A stretch of DNA of 64,000 bases. Source: Naegleria gruberi (lineage: Eukaryota). Below are positions 1 to 11,467 of the stretch, piece by piece. The position numbers were made by a program, and so were the translations under genes. The stretch lies in NCBI GenBank assembly GCA_000004985.1, contig GG738854.1; one strand, written 5' to 3'. The number at the start of each line of letters is the position of its first letter. The first letter of the stretch is position 1. The notes beneath the pieces were generated by a model. The model was not told the DNA's origin, searched no databases, and saw only the letters and a list, made by a program, of their open reading frames with translations.

Positions 1-165
1 TTTTCTTTGTCATTTTTTCTTAATTTGTTATGGTAATTTAAAAGAAAGGTTTATCTCTTCTCAACTGTATTCGAAACCAAATGGCATGACCGAGGCAAGG
101 TCACAAGCATTTCTAATTTACCCATCGTTTGAACATTATTTAAAAAACAAACAAAAGTCACCTGC

Positions 166-2010
166 ATGTCCCTAGTAATTTTGATCACAATTATTGTTCT
201 GTTGATTACAGGTGTTTCGAGTCAGTTGTCTGCACAACTGTTATCAAATGAAACTCTTCCAATTCTAAGTCAGTTCATCTATCCAGAGAATGAATGTTTG
301 ACACTTCCACCGATCACACAATTCTACTATCCTTTCATGTTTAGTTTAGATTCGAATTACTTTGATTATTGTAAACTGCCTTCTCTTAACAATGCTCCAA
401 AGGAATTTTACGCAAATTCATGGCTGATTCAACAAATAACACAAAATGAAAATGTTTGTGTCGACATTTTGTGTTCATCCAATACTGAATGGGATTTTAC
501 AAACAAGACTCAAGTTTCGAATTTAGGAATTTTATGGAATTTTTGTTTAATGTGTGAAAATTCACAATCAGCACTATTTAGAAAAGCCATCGATACCAAT
601 AATTGTACAGCTCTCACTTTTATTAATTCTTCTTTATCATCAAGTGAATTTATTTCTAATTTTGGAAGAATTTCTTCTTTTCATTGTAATGGAAATGAAA
701 ATAGGAATCACTTTGGATTTTTTGATTACAACTTTCTGCAGAGTGAATATTTTGTAAATACTTTCAATGCCTTCAAGAAGGACAGATTTCAACAAACTTT
801 CACAAATGTTAAAGATGCTGTGAAATCTGTCAACCTGCCAACACTGATGACATTTTATTTTGAAAAGTATTTCAATATGGAAAGGTTGGAGCAAGAGAGC
901 AGGCCACTAAATGTACCTATTACTTGTTGGTGTGATTACAGAACAAAGAGGGAGTTTAGTTTTCAATGTTATGATTTTTATCATAGTTGGCAGCTGACTA
1001 TTTCATATCGAGTTTCAGTATTTATTCTTGCTTTTGTGTATGGAGGTGTATTTCTGTATCTAACGAGTTTCATTTTGATACCAAGAGTAGTGGAGAGAAT
1101 AGTTTCTTTCAAGAAGCGACCTGATATCAAGCTTCTCCCAATTTGGAAAAAGACTCTTTTCTTTTTAAGGCATTTCTTTGATATTGTTGTACAGCCACCC
1201 ATTTTCTTTGCAATTTCTTCATTCACAGGCTTTATAGAAAACTTTCTTCGATTTCTATTCAACTTTCGAGGTGTCCTTCCATTATATCAAGTTTATTTTC
1301 CTGGAATATTTCGTGGATTGGCTGCAATTTTCATGATCTGTGGTTATTCCTCATTGATTATCTCATGGTCACATGTAATTGACATGTCCAAACGAAAGGG
1401 TACCTCTCAATCCTCCAACAAACTCTCAAAAGTCAATGCCATCATTCTCAGCTTATTCTACATTGCCATGTTACTTGTTGGAATCATTACGGTAATTGTT
1501 TTTGTGGTAGTGAAGAATTATGCACCTGCTTGGATATTACTTTCTGCAGCAGTGATGATCTACTTGTTGACCTTTGTGATTGGATTTGCCTTTTATGGTG
1601 TGAAAATTTTGATTCAATTGAGAGGGTCGAAAGGTTCCTTACTGGAATACAAGTTTACCAAGTTTATTCTATACGAAACTGCACTTTTCATAATTGGATG
1701 GCTGGTTTCATTGTTCATGTTAACTACTTACATTTTTGGTTATGATTCAATGACATTATTTTGGGGATTGAATAGAAATATATTTATGGACTGTTCTTTG
1801 AATGCAGTGCTCATACTTTCGTCCTATATTACCTTCAATGATACGGCTTTTGTTTTAGTTTATGGAAAAAAGGCACTTTCTATTGTTTCATTCATTGGAA
1901 CTTGTGGAAGATCCTATTCGAAAGCAAAGAATGCCAAAGCTCAAGAAAAACCTCTCGAAGAAACTCAAACCGAATCCAAAGACCCACAAACATCAACACC
2001 CACCATTTAA
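166..2010 (+). CDS. 7TM receptor-like membrane protein (signal peptide, Cys/N-glycosylation-rich ectodomain, seven predicted TM helices)
   Basis: ATG at 166 and a single 614-aa ORF. N-terminal hydrophobic signal, then ~260 aa with many Cys and NxS/T sites, then seven ~20-25-aa hydrophobic segments (SVFILAFVYGGVFLYLTSFILI ... LNAVLILSSYITF) and a short K/E-rich tail. Confidence 0.55.
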   Translation: MSLVILITIIVLLITGVSSQLSAQLLSNETLPILSQFIYPENECLTLPPITQFYYPFMFSLDSNYFDYCKLPSLNNAPKEFYANSWLIQQITQNENVCVDILCSSNTEWDFTNKTQVSNLGILWNFCLMCENSQSALFRKAIDTNNCTALTFINSSLSSSEFISNFGRISSFHCNGNENRNHFGFFDYNFLQSEYFVNTFNAFKKDRFQQTFTNVKDAVKSVNLPTLMTFYFEKYFNMERLEQESRPLNVPITCWCDYRTKREFSFQCYDFYHSWQLTISYRVSVFILAFVYGGVFLYLTSFILIPRVVERIVSFKKRPDIKLLPIWKKTLFFLRHFFDIVVQPPIFFAISSFTGFIENFLRFLFNFRGVLPLYQVYFPGIFRGLAAIFMICGYSSLIISWSHVIDMSKRKGTSQSSNKLSKVNAIILSLFYIAMLLVGIITVIVFVVVKNYAPAWILLSAAVMIYLLTFVIGFAFYGVKILIQLRGSKGSLLEYKFTKFILYETALFIIGWLVSLFMLTTYIFGYDSMTLFWGLNRNIFMDCSLNAVLILSSYITFNDTAFVLVYGKKALSIVSFIGTCGRSYSKAKNAKAQEKPLEETQTESKDPQTSTPTI

Positions 2011-2149
2011 CCAATGTTTAAAGCTTCTATTGGAAACGTCAATGAAATTCCTCGAAAAACAACCATATATAAAATTGGCCAATTTTTGTTGTATGAAGGA
2101 AATTTGGCGCCAAAACTGAAATCCTTACTAAAATAAAACACAAAAAAAA

Positions 2150-2795
2150 ATGGACTACTACAACGGAAGCTTTTATGGCAATGATAAGATTGAATCGGAA
2201 CCTTCTCAGATTGAATTGTTGAGTGGGTTGATAGAGGAAAGTGAAACGGTGGAGAAAAAGTCAAATCCAGAAATTGAAAGAAGTAAGAGAGAGGAAGAAG
2301 ATTATTGGAGAAAGAGACGATTGGAGGAGGAACGTGTTTTGAGTAGAATTGATAAGGGAGAGGATGAGGATAATGATGTCGACTATGCAAGTGTTTCAGG
2401 CCATTGTATAATTGAGGAAGTTGATAAACTGAAAGGAACAAAGGCAGCAAAGTTAGATCCTAATATTTGGACTGCAGAAGATTTGGAATTTTTGGATGAT
2501 AATCAGGGAGATAACAGAGAAACACCAGAGTAGGTTTCTAATTATCATAATGTATTTAACCAATTGTCTAGTTATGATGTTGTTTATCAGCAACAGGTTT
2601 CTTCGAGTGATGTTTACTTGGGAATGGACCCAGAAAAAGATCCATCAACAATGAGTAGTGATGCTATTGCTTACTCAATCAAGTTGCCAAAGACTGAGAA
2701 GATGTCTGAGATAGAATTAAACATTTCTTCAAGATCATTTTCAATCAAATCAGAGCATTAGTAAGTTTTAACAATTACAGCTTTTATGATTAACT
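2150..2795 (+). CDS. Acidic (D/E-rich) hypothetical protein, about three exons
   Basis: Exon 1 is ORF 2150-2533 and ends at a GTAGGT donor (~42-nt intron). Exon 2 is ORF 2564-2761 in frame. A second GTAAGT donor near 2757 and a short terminal exon give ...SEHYFYD*. No recognisable domain. Confidence 0.35.
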
Positions 2796-2974
2796 CGATT
2801 CAGTATTCTTGGAGTTTCATTTCCTCAACCAGTACTGGATAATGAAGCAAAGGCAAAATGGAATTCAAAAACAAAATGCCTTTCTCTATCAGTACCTTTT
2901 GTAAAATAATTTGTAAATAATTTACTTTTTATCATTTCTTTATTGATATGTTTTACAAAGGATAAAGTTAAAAA

Positions 2975-5476
2975 ATGTCCCAACATAATCCCTCTTGCTC
3001 TCTCGCCGACCTTCCGACAGAAATTCATCATACCATCTTTTACTATCTAGACTATATTCGAGATATTTGTTGTGATCAGTTATTGTTTGTTCCGATAATA
3101 GAAATACCATCAACATTGGACGAATTTGAACAGAATATTAACGTGGAGGAATTTATTGATTTTGAACAGCCCAGTAGAGTACCTTTCTTTTTAGCTTGTC
3201 GATCATTGTTAAAATCGGTAAAATCATTCAGACCAACTATTCTAAATTTGAGTGTCTTTTCAGAGAAGAAACTGTGCAACTATTATTTAGATAATGTATA
3301 CAGAGAGTCGTTACGTAGCTTTCCGTGGTTTAGAAGTTCACAACCTTTCTCATTTAGTACTAGTGATTGGATGGATATTTTTATTGAACTTTTTGCAAAG
3401 ATGAAAAGGTTTTGTAAGACTAACCCCTTGTCAAAAGTGGAATTTGTTTCCTTTTCTACTAATGTTGGAAGAAATTATTCTTCAAATTATGGATATTTCA
3501 ATTTTTTTAATTATTTTGAAAAACTATTAGTAGATCACCTGCCTACTGTTAAATATGCACTATTTGGTTTCAATCCTTCCTTATACTTTCCCATTGCAAG
3601 TGAAAAATTCAAGTCAATCACCACTATTTATACATCCCTATCAGATTATCACCACTCAAGTTTAGCACAACTGAATAATGTCTACTGGACATCAATGGAG
3701 TACGAAAGAAACCAGGTGGTTCCATTCGAGAAGTTAAAAAATGTGTTTCCCCTTAATTACCCAACTAATATTGAAATATTCCTCTACAATTCCATTATGT
3801 CAAATAATTTCCCAGAATCGGATTACATTATTACCAATTTTACCATTGATGTCAATTTATTTTCTTATCTCTGGAATATTAGATCCGATATTAGGAGAGA
3901 AATCTTTGTGGACAGTCTCAAACAAATTATGGACACACTGAATAATATTTACCAAAAATATCCATCTTTTAGGATGTTTAAAATTCCAATAGACAGTATA
4001 GAAAATTTAAAGCTAATTCTATCATATCCATTTGTCGATATTAGCGTCGGTAAAAACATTACAAAACTATTTTTAATACGTATTAATCAAGAAGATGTTC
4101 AATCCTTATCTAGAGATTATAATATAGATTTCTCAAAACTTGGTAATCACAAATTCTCTGCTGCTTGCTTTGAAGAAGCAAGTAAATTGTCAGTGCAGAA
4201 AACGTGTGACATTTTTGGCGTATCTACATCTATGTTTAAACGTACTTTGGACAAAGACACTAATATTAACGAAAAGGACAAGTTTGGAAATAATATCCTC
4301 CATTATTTAAGTGTTACACCAATTAAAATTGATAACTTGATGGAATTCCTTTCAGAAGATGAAATTAAAATACTTGGACAAGAACCAAACATGTTTGGTG
4401 TCACTCCTAATGAAATAGCTATTCTAAAGGACAGTAACATCAAGATCAAAAGGCTTAACAATAAGTTCAATTTTGAAGGTTTGGTTAAAACTGGCATATC
4501 AATTTACCCTAGACTTGTACAGTATGATGGCTTTGAAATTAATGAAAGAATTTTAACTGCATTAGTACATAATTTCAAACCCAATGAGTATAACTATGAT
4601 GAATATAGAGATATTAATTATAGAGATGTGAATGGAAAGCATCTAGTCCACTATTCACCGTATTGTTTTAGTGAAAAAATAACGAAACTTTTGGATATAC
4701 CATTGAAAGATCTTGTCTTTTGCAAAGATAATAATCAATCTATACCAATTCAAATATATAATTATAGCTATTATGTAGCTTTGGATTATTTGGGAAAGAT
4801 TGAGAACATGCCTAAATTGAACTTTATTTCCTATACTGATGACTTTGAAATGTGTAGATATTTATATTTATTTCTTCACCAATCCCTTAATATTAATACT
4901 CATTTAATGGTAGAGGAAGCCAAAAGTTTAGGGTTTGATTACTCTTCAGGACATCCCGAACTTGTATCATTGTGCTCTCATTATTTAGATGGACTCTATC
5001 ATTTTACAATTGAAAAAAGCTCTTTAAAACAATTAAGAAATATCAAATATTTTGGATGTGTTGATGGAGATGATTTTTCGCATTATGTAGTGAGATTTTT
5101 TTTGGATTTCATTAAGAAAAATCTAGGAAGATATATAGACTATTCAATGTTACAAGCTTTAATTGCTAGAGGATTGAAACTTGATGTTGTACGAAACTCG
5201 GAGGGACAAACAGCTTTTGATTTGTTGGAATTCAAAGGAACACGAATAATTTTGAAACATGTGAAACAATTAAAGGAAGTTTGCAGACAGGGTCTGAGTA
5301 ACAAATCTAAAGCTTTACCCAAATTCTCCATTCACTACAAAGATATCCCCAAAGATCTAATATTGGAAGAATCCGAAACCAAACTCATTCTAAAAACAAA
5401 TACTGTTTCATCATTCAAAATTGGAATCAAAAGAAGGTTATATTTTGAATATCGAAGTAGTAGAAATATGAAATGA
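2975..5476 (+). CDS. F-box-like domain protein with probable ankyrin-type repeats (833 aa)
   Basis: Single ORF, ATG at 2975. The N-terminus LADLPTEIHHTIFYYLDYIRDI matches an F-box-like LP.EI...IF..L motif. The central region has ankyrin-like NILHYLS/TPNEIAIL patterns. No introns detected. Confidence 0.5.
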   Translation: MSQHNPSCSLADLPTEIHHTIFYYLDYIRDICCDQLLFVPIIEIPSTLDEFEQNINVEEFIDFEQPSRVPFFLACRSLLKSVKSFRPTILNLSVFSEKKLCNYYLDNVYRESLRSFPWFRSSQPFSFSTSDWMDIFIELFAKMKRFCKTNPLSKVEFVSFSTNVGRNYSSNYGYFNFFNYFEKLLVDHLPTVKYALFGFNPSLYFPIASEKFKSITTIYTSLSDYHHSSLAQLNNVYWTSMEYERNQVVPFEKLKNVFPLNYPTNIEIFLYNSIMSNNFPESDYIITNFTIDVNLFSYLWNIRSDIRREIFVDSLKQIMDTLNNIYQKYPSFRMFKIPIDSIENLKLILSYPFVDISVGKNITKLFLIRINQEDVQSLSRDYNIDFSKLGNHKFSAACFEEASKLSVQKTCDIFGVSTSMFKRTLDKDTNINEKDKFGNNILHYLSVTPIKIDNLMEFLSEDEIKILGQEPNMFGVTPNEIAILKDSNIKIKRLNNKFNFEGLVKTGISIYPRLVQYDGFEINERILTALVHNFKPNEYNYDEYRDINYRDVNGKHLVHYSPYCFSEKITKLLDIPLKDLVFCKDNNQSIPIQIYNYSYYVALDYLGKIENMPKLNFISYTDDFEMCRYLYLFLHQSLNINTHLMVEEAKSLGFDYSSGHPELVSLCSHYLDGLYHFTIEKSSLKQLRNIKYFGCVDGDDFSHYVVRFFLDFIKKNLGRYIDYSMLQALIARGLKLDVVRNSEGQTAFDLLEFKGTRIILKHVKQLKEVCRQGLSNKSKALPKFSIHYKDIPKDLILEESETKLILKTNTVSSFKIGIKRRLYFEYRSSRNMK

Positions 5477-5478
5477 TT

Positions 5479-7497
5479 TTATTGCTCACTAATAACCATT
5501 TGTTTCTCAGCCAACTTTCTATAAATTCCATCTTGAACATTCAGTAAATCTGAATGAAGACCAGATTCCTTAATCTCTCCCTTAACAAGCACATAAATAA
5601 CATCACAATTCTGAACAGTTGACAATCTGTGAGCAATGGAAATGGAAGTTCTTCCTTTCATGAGAGTTTCAAGAGCTGCCTGAACAAGAGCTTCTGATTC
5701 CGTATCGAGAGCTGAGGTTGCTTCGTCCAATAGAAGAACTTTGGGATTTTGTAAAAGAGCTCTAGCAATAGCAACACGCTGCTTTTGTCCACCTGAGAGA
5801 GAAACGCCTTTCTCACCAAGTAAGGTGTTATATCCATTTGGAAGATCTACAATGAAATTGTGACAATTGGCAGCTCTTGCAGCTTTTTCAATCTCTTGAT
5901 CTGTTACATTTTCAATACCAACTGCATAAGCAATGTTTTCCCTAATAGAACAGGCAAATAATACTGGTTCCTGAGTCACAATTCCAACTAGTAATTGTTA
6001 TGAATTAACTATTATAGAGTCAACTTACTGTTCTTGTGCAACCATGCAGAATCAATTTCCTTAATATCCACTCCATCAATAAGCACTGATCCTTCTTGTG
6101 GATCATAAAATCTTTCCAACAATCCAACAATTGTACTCTTACCAGATCCGGATGGTCCAACTAGAGCAATCGATTGTCCAACTTCAATATTCAATGAAAA
6201 ATCTTCCAAAACTTTCACATCAGGACGAGAAGGGTAAGAAAATTTAACATTTCTGAATTCAATTTTACCAACATTCTCACCCAAACTCTTTCCTCCAGTT
6301 GTTGGAATGGCTGGTTTTCTTTTAATTACAAGTAGAAGTGTTCTGTGAGAGGCCAATGCTTTGGAAATGTCTGGTAACATGATAAATCCTTGTGCCATTG
6401 AAAAAATACTTTACAATTGGTCAACCTTGATTGTTTGAACAACAACTTACGCAAAAAGCAATAATCCAAATACCTTAACAAGGTCTCCTATTGTGATTAC
6501 TCCATCAATAACCAAATTTCCTCTTTAAATATGTTAAATATAACCAAAACAAGCAAACATATACTTACGCATACCAAAAAGCAAGTGAGCTAGTTCCCCA
6601 CATGATCAAATTCTCAGCACCCATACTCACTCCTTGTGTTAGAGCCTTCAACAAACCATACAAGTGAAGTTTCTTCAATATACTTGCAAATTGCAATTGT
6701 TCCCTCCCTTCAACTCCCATACTTTTCACAGTTTTAAAGGAAGAAACAACCTCATTGGCTTTGGAAGCACTTTTTGAAATGACATTTCCTGATCGGACAG
6801 TCAATACTTCAGTAAACTTTCCCATTACACCTCCAATAACAAGCATAAGTGGAACTGTTGAAATTGAAACAAGTGACATTTGCCAACTGCTTACAAAAGC
6901 AAGAACTAGGCCAATAATGATGGTTGTCAAATGTTGCATGAGTGTAGATAGCTTGTTTGTCCATGCGTCTTGAATTTTAGAGATGTCATCACTCAATGGA
7001 AGAGTCAAAGCTCCTGTTTTCTTAATATCAAAGAATGCAACATCTTGATTAGTCAATTGGTTGAAATAACTTTTTCTCAAAGTGATTCCAATTCTTTCAT
7101 TGGCCCAACTCAAGAAAAATTGAGCTGTAAAGCTTGCCACCATACTACCAATTGCAACATAGGTAAACTTTAAGGAAATATCAGAGATGGCAGCTCTCAT
7201 GACATCAGTGGAAGGCATTACTCCATTGACAGGTTGGAAAATGTTGATTAAATCTCCAAATATAAATTGGAAGATTAACATAATAACACCATTTCCCATC
7301 GATCCAAGCATTCCTAACAAGATTAGAAACCATGTCCATCCAAACAACTTGAAAATTCTAAAGTGATCAAAGAAATAAAGTTTAGGCTCCCTTTCGTCTT
7401 TGATTTCTTCATTTTGTGGTTTTTCTGGAGCAGAGTTTGGCAAAGTATCCATGGTGGAGGTACTTGCTCCTTCTTTTTGATTTGAATTAATTGACAT
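5479..7497 (-). CDS. ABC transporter, ABCB-type half-transporter (TMD-NBD), three coding blocks plus a 75-nt internal exon
   Basis: Walker [14 protein letters not shown] signature [14 protein letters not shown] and Walker [12 protein letters not shown] in ORFs 6012-6398 and 5479-5979. The TMD is in ORF 6565-7497. Introns have GTAAGT donors (41 nt between 5979 and 6012). A mini-exon encoding [25 protein letters not shown] lies between 6399 and 6564, flanked by ~48- and ~42-nt introns. Confidence 0.85.
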
Positions 7498-8907
7498 TTT
7501 CTTTTTGAATTGGTGAATAAAGTGAAGTTTCTATGCTCGTTTAAATAGTCAAGAAAAATAAATTGTGCTCCTCGGATTAGGGTGAGGGTTTTTGTAAAGT
7601 TGACTATTCAACTAATTTGCGCATTTTCCTTCATGATATTGAAGTAGATATTAATAGACTTGATTTTCAAAAAACTCGAATTTTCCCACCATGGCACGTT
7701 TTGATATAATTAATCATCAATTCTACTGGATCGTTATTTGTTGCATTGTAAAGGGAAAGAGCTTTCTAAATTCCTCTTCTGTAACATTGTTTTCTGAAAT
7801 ATCATGATTGGCAGTATCCAATAGGTATTCTGAGATTCTTCAGAAGTCTTGTTTTCGTTAGCCTCCATCCATAATGGATAGACGTAATTTGTATTGTTCA
7901 ATTTTGTCTTGTAGATTTGAAGATGGGAAACTGGCTTTCTAAGTTGTTCGTGTTGCCAATATTTCACCCACACAACATATCTACACAATATTCCTCCCAA
8001 CAAAAGATATCCAATCCTAGCATCAAACTTGACCTCAATTATTTTTCTCAATTCGGAATTATCACACCAATATTTTTATTCAAATAATTTCTTACTAAGT
8101 TTCGAATGACGCAAGTAACTGATGTTGTAGTTCATGATTTATAAAATTGTTTATCATTTTAAATCATGATTATTTAATGGATTTGGTTAATGGAGATATC
8201 TTTTTATTAGCCAGAATTTGATTTAACCATTTTCAAAGAACAGCACCATAGTAAATATGACTTTACAAAATCCATTAAACGAATATTCCACACAATAATA
8301 TTAGTCAGTTACCATATATAGTTTTTAAGCAAGGTTCCACATCGCACTTAGATGATTCCCAAAAACATCCACATTAACCCGCTTATTCAACCAGACTAAC
8401 CACCAACTGACTTAGAACTTCGTTCTCTGCTTGTAACATCATCGGGTAAGAAGATACTTTGCCAACATTCATCTTTTACATTAATAAAAATTGATGATGA
8501 AGTAGGGAATCGAGATTGTTTAATCGGAATCCAATATTGATGAATTTCCATTAAGAAGAACTTTTAATTCATCCACCCCAACGTTTTCTTACCAACAAAT
8601 GACTGAGAAAAGAAGCAAAAACCCTTATCTTTTTATCATGCTCTTGATGATTCGTTAATCGGTTTCTTAATGTCTCTTGTCAAATTGAGAGAATTGTAAT
8701 CTCAACACCCTAGAACCTCAATAATTATTTTTACGATCCTCAACCATGACGACGAACCAACCAGAAATTACCTCATTCCTCAGTTTCGTCCTGCCTTCTC
8801 ACGCAGCGAAACTAAACCCTCAACGCCAGACGCTGTCAGCAATCACACAGCCCTAAAAAAAAACCTCAACGTTGCTCTCTGTTCAACAAACAAAAAACCT
8901 TTATAAA
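7498..8907. promoter_or_regulatory. 1.4-kb divergent intergenic region between the ABC transporter (-) and the gene at 8908 (+)
   Basis: No credible ORF (the 105-aa ORF 7734-8051 has no domain or codon bias). A relatively GC-/C-rich patch at ~8740-8870 sits immediately upstream of the 8908 ATG, consistent with a promoter/5' leader. Confidence 0.3.
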
Positions 8908-11267
8908 ATGAGTGAAGCAGCAATTCTCAACGCTCAGCCTGTAAGGACATTGGTCAAGGAAGAGGAAATGCCAAATGTCACCACATCAAGTACTTCATCT
9001 TCACCTACAAACAATAATTTACCATCAATTAATAAGCAAGAATCCGATCAGAGTGATGCTACTGAAGCCTTATCGTCCTTCAATAAGACTTTGCTTGATC
9101 AAGAAGCACACGATGGCTTGCTTGGCTTGGCACAATGTAAGTTACTTGAGAATATTTATTCTAATATTATTCTAATAATATTATTCGAAATTCGATGATG
9201 ATACTTTCGCAATCCTGTGATCCACTCTTTGCTCTCCTCTGAACTTCCTTAATTTAAATTGATGTGATGATCATATTTTTACCGCGGTCCAAACTATTCG
9301 AAACTCTCATTTTTCACTTTGGTTACTTCTTGCCCTCACGTACCATGCTGGTTCATCTTGATGATTCTTTGCAATCCATCATGCCAACAATGCATGTGTT
9401 GATGAAATATTCATGCCCTCAATTCTACATTCTAATAACATCATTCTATACTATCCACCACACATTATCTTTCATCATTTCCAAAATAATAATTTACTCC
9501 CTTTCTCCCTTCTCTTTCTCTCTAGTAAATCATCAAGATCATATTAGTGATAGTGATGAAGACGAAAATGAAAGTGTTTCCAAAGTGAGTGCCTTGTACT
9601 CACTTTTACAAGATGATTCTGATGATGGAGAACATGTTAGCTCATTGCCACCATCAGCTACTGTAGGAACCAATACACCATCATTGGCCAATACTCATTT
9701 GGCAAAGAGAGCTTCCCGAATGTTGGCTGCTCAACAAGAATCATCTGCTGTTTCGAATAGTAAAGGTTCATCAACACCAACTCCAAGAAAGAGAAAGACA
9801 TCACGTAGAAGTGCTATGGAAGATGATGAAATTGCCGATGCAGGAGCAATGGAAGGTGATGATGATGAATATATTGCCGATGCAGGTGAAGAAGATGATG
9901 AAGAAATGGCATTGGCAGGTGTCAAGAAACGTAGCAGTACCAGAAGAGAAAGAAGTCCAGGTCTCGGAGCTAGTGCTGCCTCTTCTTCTTCTAATAGAAT
10001 GGATACTAATGAAGATGAAGTCATTTCTGAAGAAGATTTGATTCATTGCGTTGTTTGTAGGAGAAGCAATTTACAAGTCAATTTCAAGAAGAATTACACA
10101 ATTAACACAAATAATTACAAGACTTATTGTGATACTTTCCCTCAACAATCCGAACAAATTCCAAAACCAAGAGATGGTGAATCTCTTTCTGTATGTTCAA
10201 CTTGTTATAATAAGCAATGGAGATTTGCTCGTGGTCAATACGATCCTAATAAGAAGTAAGTTTAATTCATCACCTTTTCAAATTCTAATAACATTTTGAA
10301 ACAATTATGAATATTGATGAATATTAATAGTCGTGTTGTGAATAAGAGAGAAGGTCTCAAGCATCCACCAAAACTAAAGGATTCCCCACGTCTTGGATCC
10401 GAGGGTGGTGAAACTCCAACTCTTGGTTCCTCCACTCCAAATCTTGGTGAATCACCAGCAGTTGAAGGAAAGAAGAGAAAGGTCACAAAGAGAAGAGCTT
10501 CCACATCCACTACTGAAGATGCCCTCAATAATTCAACAACAACTATCAAGGATGAATCTGGTTCCACCACCACCACCACCACAACTAATGGTGATGAAGC
10601 AACCACAGTTGAAACCCCAAAGAAGAAAGCTAAGAGAGCCATCAAAGCCAAGAAAGTCCCAATTCCACCACCTCCTTCTACTCTCCCAACAAGTGAAGCA
10701 ACAACTGCTGCAGGACCATCTACAAGTGGAATTGCTGCTTCTGCAGTTGCTGCCAATATGGGAGCTTCATCAGTTCCAATCTCAACCCTCCTTCCAGGAA
10801 CTGTCACGCTTGCCAATGGAGCATCCACCACTGCCATTCCATCTCCATCTCCAAGTAAGAGAGGAAGAAAATCTAAGAACCCACCAGCTAATATTGGCGT
10901 TGTGTCTGGAGCTCCAGCAACTAGCTACAAGAAGGAAGAATCTCTTTCACCACCTCCTCCTCCAGTCATTTCCAACACTGCTCTCCTCATTAGTTACATG
11001 AAACGTATTAATGGAGTCTTGGAAGAAATTTATACCACCAAAATTGTGACACAAACCTGTCCAGACACAATCGAACAACTCAGAGATTTAGTAATGGAAA
11101 GATTAACTCAAAAGAAAGGCGACTTGTTTACTTTTGATCGTGCCTGTTGCAATTCAATTGATCGTTTCAACAATTCTATTAGAGTTGAAGTTGATGAATT
11201 CTTCTTTAAGGATGTCAAGCTCAATAATAATGATTCATTGTGTATCTATGTCAATGACAAACAATAA
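8908..11267 (+). CDS. Low-complexity Ser/Thr/Asp/Glu-rich protein with a C-terminal Cys4 zinc-ribbon-like motif (multi-exon)
   Basis: ATG at 8908. Exon 1 ends at a GTAAGT donor at 9137. The acceptor is near 9527 (intron ~390 nt). The exon continues through ORF 9264-10259 from VNHQDHISDSDEDE. A second intron 10256-10330 (GTAAGT...AATAG) joins ORF 10314-11267. CVVC...CSTC motif near 10040-10200. Confidence 0.5.
9185..9250 (+). ncRNA. Candidate intron-hosted C/D-box snoRNA (speculative)
   Basis: Inside the ~390-nt first intron: a GATGATGA C-box-like element (~9191-9198), a CTGA D-box-like element (~9241-9244) about 45 nt downstream, and a second TGATGA at ~9270. The terminal stem is weak. Confidence 0.15.
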
Positions 11268-11467
11268 ACTTTCGTATCAAACAAAAACTAAACTCTTCAA
11301 ACTATCAAGAAGTTCCCTTTCAAAATGCAACTTACCTGTAATGTAGATGAAACTTTGAATTTGCCTTAGACAAGTTCAAACAAAGATGAACACGAGTTCA
11401 AAGTTCATCACTAAAATTGTACTTTTAAAGATCTGAAGCGAAATTGGCAAAAAATCAAAAGAAAAAA

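Noticed and set aside
7734-8051. 105-aa ORF in the 1.4-kb intergenic region
   Set aside because: No domain, atypical codon usage, and no ATG context conserved. Most likely noncoding promoter or spacer DNA.
9731-11001. Antisense and alternate-frame ORFs (9731-10024 -, 9801-10046 -, 9811-10041 +, 10262-10837 -, 10393-11001 +) over the S/T/D/E-rich gene
   Set aside because: Low-complexity GAT/GAA/TCT/ACC codon repeats keep several frames open. Only one frame connects through verified introns to a plausible product.
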